DNA of 15,041 bases from Candidatus Hermodarchaeota archaeon. Its GTDB lineage: Archaea > Asgardarchaeota > Hermodarchaeia > Hermodarchaeales > Hermodarchaeaceae. Of the stretch, positions 8,099-14,726 are shown piece by piece; position 1 is the first letter of the stretch, and each line of letters begins with the position of its first letter. A program made the translations under genes and the position numbers. The notes beneath the pieces were generated by a model. It did not search any database and had not been told where the DNA came from. It saw only the letters and a program-made list of their open reading frames with translations. The stretch spans positions 1-15,041 of the forward strand of contig JAEOTO010000042.1 of the NCBI GenBank assembly GCA_016839805.1, given 5' to 3'.

Positions 8099-10087
8099 AT
8101 GACTACCGAAGAACCACGCATCGGTGTTTTCGTCTGTAAATGTGGCACAAACATCGCGAAAGTTGTCGACGTCCCCGCTGTCTCTGAATACGCAAAGGAT
8201 TTGCCCAACGTGGCTTATGCTGGATGGCAACTGTTTACATGTTCAGAAGAAGGACAAAACATCATCAAAGACCATATCAAAAAACACAAGCTCAATCGCG
8301 TAATTGTTGCATCCTGTAGTCCAAAACTCCATGAACCCACATTCCGACGCACCGTCATGGAAGCAGGTATTAACCCCTTCTATTTCGAAATGGCTAATAT
8401 CCGCGAACAGGTATCTTGGGCACATATGAAACAAAAGGAAGAATACAATGAAGCCACACAAAAGGCTAAAGACCTTGTTCGTGCAGCAGTTTTTCGCGCC
8501 TCTCAACTGGAATCCATTGGTTCCACCACCCAAGAAGTTCCTCCCGTTTGTATGGTGATTGGGGCAGGCATTGCCGGCATCACTGCCAGCACGCTTCTTG
8601 CTGATGAAGGATATGAAGTTCACTTAGTCGAACGCAGCCCAGCCCTCGGAGGGAAAGCAGCGCAACTGGGTTTTGTGTTTATGACAGATACATGTGGCGT
8701 ATGCGTTCCACCCCGACATGGTGAAATGGCTCGCAAATGCCTTTCCAAACGTGTTCTACGGCATGATCCGAAAATTCATGTACATACATTAACTGAGGTT
8801 AAACAGTTCAGCGGCTATATCGGGAACTTTCAGGCGAAACTCCACACACAACCCCGCGGAGTGGACATTGATACGTGCACGCTCTGTGGGAAATGTATCG
8901 ACGTCTGCCCAGTGAAGGTGCCTCATGAACTCGACTTGGGATTAGGTAATCGAAGGGCCATTTATCTACCCTACCCACAGGCAGTCCCTCGATCCCCTGT
9001 TGTCGATTTTAAGCACTGCACTCGATGTGGAAAATGTGCTGAGGTGTGTCCCGTGGGTGCCATCCATCTGGATGAAGCACCCAAAGATACGGACATCACC
9101 GTGGGAACTGTCATTGTGTCTACAGGGTTTGATGTCTTCCAGCCCATAGGCCTTTATGCATACGGAGAAAACCCGAACGTTATTCTCCAATTGGCTCTAG
9201 CACGTCTATTGGACCCTCTTGGTCCCACCGATGGGCAACTCCTTCGGGTTTCCGATAAGAACCCCCCCAAACACGTGGGTATGATCCAGTGTGTCGGAAG
9301 CCGGGACCCTGAATACTATTCCCACTGCTCACGGATCTGCTGTCAAGTTGCCATTAAACATGCTGTCTACATCAAAGAACACTGGCCCGATACCGATGTC
9401 ACCATTTTCTACAAAGACATTCGGTTACAGGGCAAACAATACGAACGCTACTATCTCAAAGCTCAGCAACTAGGTGTTAATTTCCATCGAGCCGAAATAA
9501 CGGAAGTTAAAGAAACTACCAAACAAGGACTAACACTTGCCGTTGAGCATCATAATGGCGCAAAAGAAACTGTTGATGTTGATTTGCTGGTTCTTTCTGC
9601 CGCAATGACGCCCGCTGAAGGCGCAAAAGAATTAGCTCACACTCTCAATATGGAAGTTGATTTGAAAGGATTCTTCCGGGAATACCATCTCAAACTTGCT
9701 CCTGTTGACACGACAACTGATGGAATTTACCTCGCTGGTGCTTGTAGCAGTCCTCGTGATATTGCTGAAGCTTCCTTCATGGGGGCCGCTGCAGCCTCTC
9801 ATGCGGCGATTCCTATGAGCAAAGGGGAAGTCAAAGTTGACCTCGCCAAATCTATTGTCGATGAAACACTGTGTATTGGTTGTGCCAACTGCTACACCGT
9901 GTGTCCCTATAGCGCAATTAACATGGAAGGAGGCGTCGCGAAAGTAGTTGAAGTCGCCTGTAAAGGCTGTGGTATCTGTGTCGTTGAATGTCCTGCTGAA
10001 GCCATTCAACTGCGACATTATCGTGATAAACAGATTTACTCACAAATTGAAGGGCTCCTTGCCAACGTGGGGGCAGCGAAAAAATGA
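8099..10087 (+). CDS. hdrA: Second heterodisulfide reductase subunit A-like flavoprotein (662 aa)
   Basis: Start reassigned to ATG 8099 (GGAGGT at 8086-8091). Motifs: RIGVFVCKCGTNI, FTCS, ASCSPKLHEPTFR, GAGIAG, four CxxCxxCxxxCP, QCVGSRD...CSRICCQVAIK and AGACSSPRDI. Confidence 0.95.
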   Translation: MTTEEPRIGVFVCKCGTNIAKVVDVPAVSEYAKDLPNVAYAGWQLFTCSEEGQNIIKDHIKKHKLNRVIVASCSPKLHEPTFRRTVMEAGINPFYFEMANIREQVSWAHMKQKEEYNEATQKAKDLVRAAVFRASQLESIGSTTQEVPPVCMVIGAGIAGITASTLLADEGYEVHLVERSPALGGKAAQLGFVFMTDTCGVCVPPRHGEMARKCLSKRVLRHDPKIHVHTLTEVKQFSGYIGNFQAKLHTQPRGVDIDTCTLCGKCIDVCPVKVPHELDLGLGNRRAIYLPYPQAVPRSPVVDFKHCTRCGKCAEVCPVGAIHLDEAPKDTDITVGTVIVSTGFDVFQPIGLYAYGENPNVILQLALARLLDPLGPTDGQLLRVSDKNPPKHVGMIQCVGSRDPEYYSHCSRICCQVAIKHAVYIKEHWPDTDVTIFYKDIRLQGKQYERYYLKAQQLGVNFHRAEITEVKETTKQGLTLAVEHHNGAKETVDVDLLVLSAAMTPAEGAKELAHTLNMEVDLKGFFREYHLKLAPVDTTTDGIYLAGACSSPRDIAEASFMGAAAASHAAIPMSKGEVKVDLAKSIVDETLCIGCANCYTVCPYSAINMEGGVAKVVEVACKGCGICVVECPAEAIQLRHYRDKQIYSQIEGLLANVGAAKK

Positions 10088-10566
10088 GCAAAGCCAAATC
10101 TAAACCTAAACCAAAACAAGCCCTTGGAACACCCAAGGCTGCATTTGAACCTCGAATAGTTAGCTTCTGCTGTCACTATTGCTCATATGGTGCCGCAGAT
10201 CTAGCTGGTACAAGTAAAATGGCTTATCCAACGAATGTGGAAATTATCCGGGTTCCCTGTTCTGGGCGCGTCGATCCGCTCCATGTGTTACGTGCTTTCG
10301 AGGAAGGCGCCGATGGGGTAATGGTTACGGGGTGTTTGAAAGATCAATGTCACTTTGTAACGGGAAACATTCATGCCGAGAAGCGCATGCAAAAATTAGC
10401 TAAACAACTCGATGCAATCGGGCTTGGAGGACGGTTAATCTTCGAGTTAATGAGTGCCGGAATGGCCAATAAGTGGGTAGAAACCGCCTCAACATTTTAT
10501 GAACAAATTCTAGCGCTTGGACCAAATCCACTTAAACATCATAAAAAAGAGGTGAAGAGCGATTGA
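10084..10566 (+). CDS. mvhD: MvhD/FlpD [2Fe-2S] hydrogenase-Hdr adaptor subunit
   Basis: FEPRIVSFCCHYCSYGAADLAG, IIRVPCSGRVDP and GADGVMVTGCLKDQCHF. ATGA overlap with the hdrA stop. Confidence 0.96.
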   Translation: MSKAKSKPKPKQALGTPKAAFEPRIVSFCCHYCSYGAADLAGTSKMAYPTNVEIIRVPCSGRVDPLHVLRAFEEGADGVMVTGCLKDQCHFVTGNIHAEKRMQKLAKQLDAIGLGGRLIFELMSAGMANKWVETASTFYEQILALGPNPLKHHKKEVKSD

Positions 10567-11444
10567 CCGTTCGAATCGCAACGATGGGTATGGCAGGCTG
10601 TAGTGGCTGTCACATTGCCCTCCTCGATATCGGAGTGAAATTATTAGATATACTCAAAGATGTTGAATTGGTCTATTCCTATCCGTTGGTAGATACAAAA
10701 AATCCAATTCCACCGAACATCGATGTTGCACTAATTGAAGGAAGTATTCGCACTGAGCATGATAAAGAAATGGCAGAAGCCATGCGGAAACAAGCCAAGT
10801 TCGTTATTGCCTTTGGTGCTTGTTCAGCGCACGGGGGTGTAAATGGACTTGCTAATGTCTTCGGAGGCAAGCAGGGTGTCGAGTACGTGTATACTAAAAC
10901 AATCCTGATGGCTCAGAAATTAGTACCCTCTGAACACGTTCCTCAAATCCTCACCAATGATTTACGATTAAGTGACGTCGTGAAAGTGGATTTTGTCATC
11001 CCCGGGTGTCCTCCTAATCCGGATGAAATTGCTAGTATACTAACAGCATTACTATCCGGAGAAACACCCACCCTGTCATCAAAAAGTATCTGTGATGAAT
11101 GCCCTCTCGAACGCTTAACTGAAGCCCCCGCAAAATTACGAAGAATTCATGAAATCCCTGAACCAGACAAATGCTTGTTATCCCAAGGCTTTCTTTGCAT
11201 GGGACCCGCTACCCGGGCAGGCTGTAATGCCGAATGTCCACGTCGTGGCATGCCCTGTACTGGCTGCCGGGGCCCCTCTGAGACAGTTTGGGACCAGGGG
11301 GTAGCAATGCTCGATGCACTAGCTGCAATGGAAGAGGATGAAATATCAGACTTCAAATTACCACGACTCGCAGGAACCTTTGCACGCTACACCTACGCGT
11401 CATCAAAACTTGACAACCTACGGAAAGGAGTGCAAAAAGAATGA
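10563..11444 (+). CDS. mvhG: [NiFe]-hydrogenase small subunit, MvhG type
   Basis: GCSGC, EGSIR, FGACSAHGG, IPGCPP, SICDECP and CLLSQGFLCMGPATRAGCNAECP...PCTGCRGP. TTG start overlaps the mvhD stop (TTGA); GAGGTGA at 10549-10555. No Tat signal. Confidence 0.93.
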   Translation: MTVRIATMGMAGCSGCHIALLDIGVKLLDILKDVELVYSYPLVDTKNPIPPNIDVALIEGSIRTEHDKEMAEAMRKQAKFVIAFGACSAHGGVNGLANVFGGKQGVEYVYTKTILMAQKLVPSEHVPQILTNDLRLSDVVKVDFVIPGCPPNPDEIASILTALLSGETPTLSSKSICDECPLERLTEAPAKLRRIHEIPEPDKCLLSQGFLCMGPATRAGCNAECPRRGMPCTGCRGPSETVWDQGVAMLDALAAMEEDEISDFKLPRLAGTFARYTYASSKLDNLRKGVQKE

Positions 11445-12814
11445 CCCAACCCAAACACATCGAATTCGAACCCATGACTCGCCTTGAAGGGCATGCAAAA
11501 ATCAGCCTCGACGTTACAGGCGGCAAACTCAACAAATGCCACTTCCACATCATCGAATCTCCCCGCCTTTTCGAACGATTCATGGAAGGCATCCCCGCTG
11601 AAGAAGCTCCCCAACTATCTGAACGAATTTGTGGCATCTGCTCCGTCGCCCACCATCTGGGATCAGTCAAAGCCGTAGAAGATGCCTGGGGTGTTACCCC
11701 GCCCAAACAGGCTGTGAAGTTACGCCATCTTGAGAACTTCGGTGAATTCATACATAGCCATGCACTTCACCAAGTATATCTAGCACTTCCTGATTTTCTC
11801 ACTCCTGAAACCCCAAACGTCCTTGCAGTGGCTGCGAAAGACCCAACACTTGCCAAAAAGGGCATCGAACTTCGCATGTTTGGGCAAAACATCATTAAGG
11901 CAATTGGTGGACGAATGATTCATCCCTGCTCAGCCATCCCCGGGGGCATGGCTGGCCCACTTCTGGAAGAAGAACGAGATAAACTTGCTAAGCAAGCTCC
12001 AAAGGCACTCGCTACCGCTCGTCGCCTCGTCAAATTATACTTCAAACTCGCCAAACAAAATGATGTTGGTTTAGTCGGATACTATCTCAGTGAACCTACG
12101 TATTACCTCAGCTTACACAACAAAGGCATGCACGACGTCTATGATGGAACCCTTCGATTCATTACACCCGAAGGCAAAACTCTACATAATTTCAAACCCG
12201 CCAACTACGCTCAATACATCGCCGAAGATGCCATGCCATATACCACAGTGAAATACCCTTTCATCAAGGAACTCGGTCCAGACAAAGGCAACTACCGCGT
12301 CGGTCCCCTTGCGCGTCTAAATGTTGTCAAGAAAATGGCCAGTGAAGAAGCCCAAGGATTTACTAACCAACTCTTCGAATTCTTCGGTGAGAGGCCAATC
12401 CATGATCCCATCGCCTACAACCTCGCTCGCTCCATCGAACTCCTCAGCGCCGTCGAACAAGCTATACTCCTCATCGAAGACAGCAATCTCCAAGAAGACA
12501 ATTATCGCGTTCCTGTCGAACCACGAGCTGGCGAAGGCGTTGGCGTCGTCGAAGCTCCCCGCGGCACCCTCTTTCACAATTACTGGACCAACGACGACGG
12601 TATCATCAATAAAGTCAACTGCGTGATCGCCACCGGACAAAATGTCCGCACCATCGAACACGCCGTCCAAGCCAAAGCCCAAGAACTCCTCCCCGACCTC
12701 CTCAAACCCCGACCAGAAAGTCTTAATGCGCTACAACGTATCGAGCCCCTAATTAGGGCCTACGATCCGTGCATAAGTTGTTCAGTTCATATGATTGAAT
12801 TAGTTAAAGATTAA
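11441..12814 (+). CDS. mvhA: [NiFe]-hydrogenase large subunit, MvhA type (group 3c by context)
   Basis: TRLEGH, L1 RICGICSVAH, HSHALH, GGRMIHP, YRVGPLARLN, EAPRGTLFH, and L2 RAYDPCISCSVH plus a 7-residue tail. ATGA overlap with mvhG. Confidence 0.93.
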   Translation: MTQPKHIEFEPMTRLEGHAKISLDVTGGKLNKCHFHIIESPRLFERFMEGIPAEEAPQLSERICGICSVAHHLGSVKAVEDAWGVTPPKQAVKLRHLENFGEFIHSHALHQVYLALPDFLTPETPNVLAVAAKDPTLAKKGIELRMFGQNIIKAIGGRMIHPCSAIPGGMAGPLLEEERDKLAKQAPKALATARRLVKLYFKLAKQNDVGLVGYYLSEPTYYLSLHNKGMHDVYDGTLRFITPEGKTLHNFKPANYAQYIAEDAMPYTTVKYPFIKELGPDKGNYRVGPLARLNVVKKMASEEAQGFTNQLFEFFGERPIHDPIAYNLARSIELLSAVEQAILLIEDSNLQEDNYRVPVEPRAGEGVGVVEAPRGTLFHNYWTNDDGIINKVNCVIATGQNVRTIEHAVQAKAQELLPDLLKPRPESLNALQRIEPLIRAYDPCISCSVHMIELVKD

Positions 12815-12820
12815 CCCGAA

Positions 12821-13033
12821 TTAACATCTTAATCGCTTGAGCATCCATTTTACGAGCCAGGCGATAATCCAGAAATACGGGTTAAAAACACCTATCAGGC
12901 TCTCGAAAAAGGGGTACCGGATTTTGAATAAGAGCATAGAGAAAATTCCAATAACTAATACTAACGCAATGACTGGGAGAAACTGCAGCATAATTTCAGA
13001 TGGTGTGTTAGGATGTGTTTGGGGCAACATCAC
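12821..13033 (-). CDS. Possible small membrane protein (about 70 aa)
   Basis: Strongly hydrophobic segment FLPVIALVLVIGIFSMLLF, then a second aromatic/hydrophobic segment and a basic C-terminus. It fills the gap exactly; its stop is 6 nt from the convergent mvhA stop. Confidence 0.55.
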   Translation of the reverse strand: MMLPQTHPNTPSEIMLQFLPVIALVLVIGIFSMLLFKIRYPFFESLIGVFNPYFWIIAWLVKWMLKRLRC

Positions 13034-13100
13034 AATCCAGCTATTCTAGCTTGAATGGTATTTAACGCTAAAAGGAGGGATGTTGTTCGACATTCTGAAT

Positions 13101-13868
13101 CTAGATGATATCGATTTCCCGGTTTTCTCCCAGAATCGTAAAAGCCATTCCGTTTTGGGTAATGAACAAAATGGGTGAAATATTCGTATGTCCAATTCGC
13201 CGTGCCTTGATGGGGATGATGCTTTCATAAGTTTCTTCGGGTTTTAATTGATAATTGCGGAGAAAAACGGTTTGACGGAGTACCAATGTGCGGGTTAATC
13301 CATCTAGCTCAAAGAGTTGAGGGACGGCATTAACGATAGCGGTTAATTTGACAGGATGTTTGCTACTGTTATGCATGAAATATTTCACATTCAGAGCATC
13401 GCCACGAAATACGGTATCCTTCGCAGGTAAAAGATCCGTGGTGAAAGTGATTCTTGGAGGTTCCATCACCTTTTCGGTATCGCACCATACGCAACCGGCA
13501 ATGAGCTGATCAATGGTAGGTTCAAAATCAGAAAAAGGGCCTTCCAGGCTATTCCACGAGTGAAGGCGTTCACCATAGAGTTCGATGAAAGCGGTCTTCA
13601 CAAGTGCCATAAGATTCGTCAAATCGGCTGGGCGCTCATCGGGAGTAGCAAAAATCGCGACAAAATCGCTGGGTCTTTCAGTGAGTCCATCAACAAGAAC
13701 TTCGGATCCCTCAAATTTTGCTTGTCGGAAATCGCCAGTGGCAAATTCCTTGGATGACACTCGAAACGCTGTTAGGAGTCCTGAGAGCATATGGGGATCC
13801 ACTTGGTCGGTATACTGGCGTGAAAATGCGTAAGCCCCATTGAGAATGATGAAGATGGCCTTTATCAT
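13101..13868 (-). CDS. Longin-like domain protein with C-terminal Ig-like beta-sandwich (255 aa)
   Basis: Probable start ATG 13868 (GGAGA upstream). The N-terminal ~123 aa pattern MIKAIFII..G...FSRQY....D..MLSGLLTAF....KE ... L..VK..F...Y...L..W......F..F...ID.LI resembles longin-fold proteins. The C-terminal ~120 aa has alternating beta-strand patterns (LNVKYFMHN, LKPEETYESIIPIKA..IG..NISP). Confidence 0.7.
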   Translation of the reverse strand: MIKAIFIILNGAYAFSRQYTDQVDPHMLSGLLTAFRVSSKEFATGDFRQAKFEGSEVLVDGLTERPSDFVAIFATPDERPADLTNLMALVKTAFIELYGERLHSWNSLEGPFSDFEPTIDQLIAGCVWCDTEKVMEPPRITFTTDLLPAKDTVFRGDALNVKYFMHNSSKHPVKLTAIVNAVPQLFELDGLTRTLVLRQTVFLRNYQLKPEETYESIIPIKARRIGHTNISPILFITQNGMAFTILGENREIDII

Positions 13869-14153
13869 CCTGGTTGATCTCCAAATTGGGTGTCGAAGTT
13901 GTTGTGCCCATATAGGATGTTCTAGTACATGGTGGGTGAATTTTCTGCCTTTCTCTTTTCCCAACCATTAGGAATAAGAATTTCGTCTAAAAGGAGATAC
14001 CTTGATTTCCATTGGAATATTCGTAAATATCGGCAAGAGGTGATGTTAATTTTGGGCAAAAGGCTTGAGTCTAGTTTTGTCAAGGCTTGATAAAAAAACC
14101 CATTCATTTTTAAATTCGCCTAAAAGATTGACTGTTAAAAGAGGTGGTTCATA

Positions 14154-14630
14154 ATGCCTGAAGAAGATAAATTTTCATTAGAAAAATGGCATAAAAAACA
14201 AGCTGTGGACCTTTTTAACGCCACTTGGACATATTTAGACAAGGAAAAGCGGACCAAAGAAGAAGACGATGCAATGGTCAACGCTTCTCACGCGTCACGT
14301 TATCATTGGGGGGTCCGGGTTGAGAACAACTGGGACGCCACACCTATCAACTTAGGACGCGGGGACTGGCAACTCTCACGTGTCTATGCTGTCCTTGGAG
14401 ACGGTGAACGGGCCGTCCATTATGGGAATAACTACCTAGATATCTGTAAAAAAGAAGGTATCAAAGACTGGGATCTAGCCTATGCTTACGAGGCCATTGC
14501 TCGTGGATACGCAGCTGCCGGCGATGAGAAAAATAAGTCTAAATTCCTAGAACTCGCGAAGAAGGCTACCAAGGACGTCAAAGACAAAGAATCACGTGAT
14601 ATGCTGGAAGCTGATTTTAAGACAATCTAA
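14154..14630 (+). CDS. Conserved hypothetical alpha-helical (TPR-like) protein
   Basis: RBS GAGGTGG at 14141-14147. Motifs AVDLFNATW..LDK..RT.EEDD.M...SHASRYHW, RGDWQLSRVYAVLG and AYAYEAIARGY resemble, from memory, a widespread uncharacterised prokaryotic family. Confidence 0.8.
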   Translation: MPEEDKFSLEKWHKKQAVDLFNATWTYLDKEKRTKEEDDAMVNASHASRYHWGVRVENNWDATPINLGRGDWQLSRVYAVLGDGERAVHYGNNYLDICKKEGIKDWDLAYAYEAIARGYAAAGDEKNKSKFLELAKKATKDVKDKESRDMLEADFKTI

Positions 14631-14659
14631 GCTTTCTGTGTCATAAAATTTCATTAGGA

Positions 14660-14694
14660 CGGGGATTTTTATGTCCCCGCTTCTCCTTCTTTTT
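14660..14694 (+). terminator. Hairpin plus pyrimidine tract, terminator-like
   Basis: CGGGGA (14660-14665) pairs with TCCCCG (14674-14679) around an 8-nt loop, followed by CTTCTCCTTCTTTTT; about 30 nt after the stop at 14630. Confidence 0.55.
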
Positions 14695-14726
14695 AATAAT
14701 AAATAATCACCAAGAGGTCTTTCGGA

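Noticed and set aside
5743-12814. Selenocysteine recoding in HdrA, MvhD or MvhA (known in some archaea)
   Set aside because: The ORFs are uninterrupted and the relevant motifs use Cys codons; no in-frame TGA occurs within motifs.
5743-12814. Interpreting hdrA-mvh as evidence of methanogenesis
   Set aside because: No hdrBC, mcr or mtr in the window; HdrA/Mvh modules are widespread in non-methanogens.
11441-12814. Group 3b or 3d assignment of the hydrogenase (IIESPRLFE looks somewhat 3b-like)
   Set aside because: No diaphorase or sulfhydrogenase beta/gamma subunits are adjacent; the mvhD/hdrA context and MvhG-type Cys pattern favour 3c. A phylogeny would be needed to be certain.
14122-14134. 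AAAAGATTGACTG, an 11/13 match to the kinase promoter element
   Set aside because: Both mismatches hit the TATA-like part, and it is too close to the RBS at 14141 to be the core promoter; TTTTAAAT near 14108-14115 is a better candidate.
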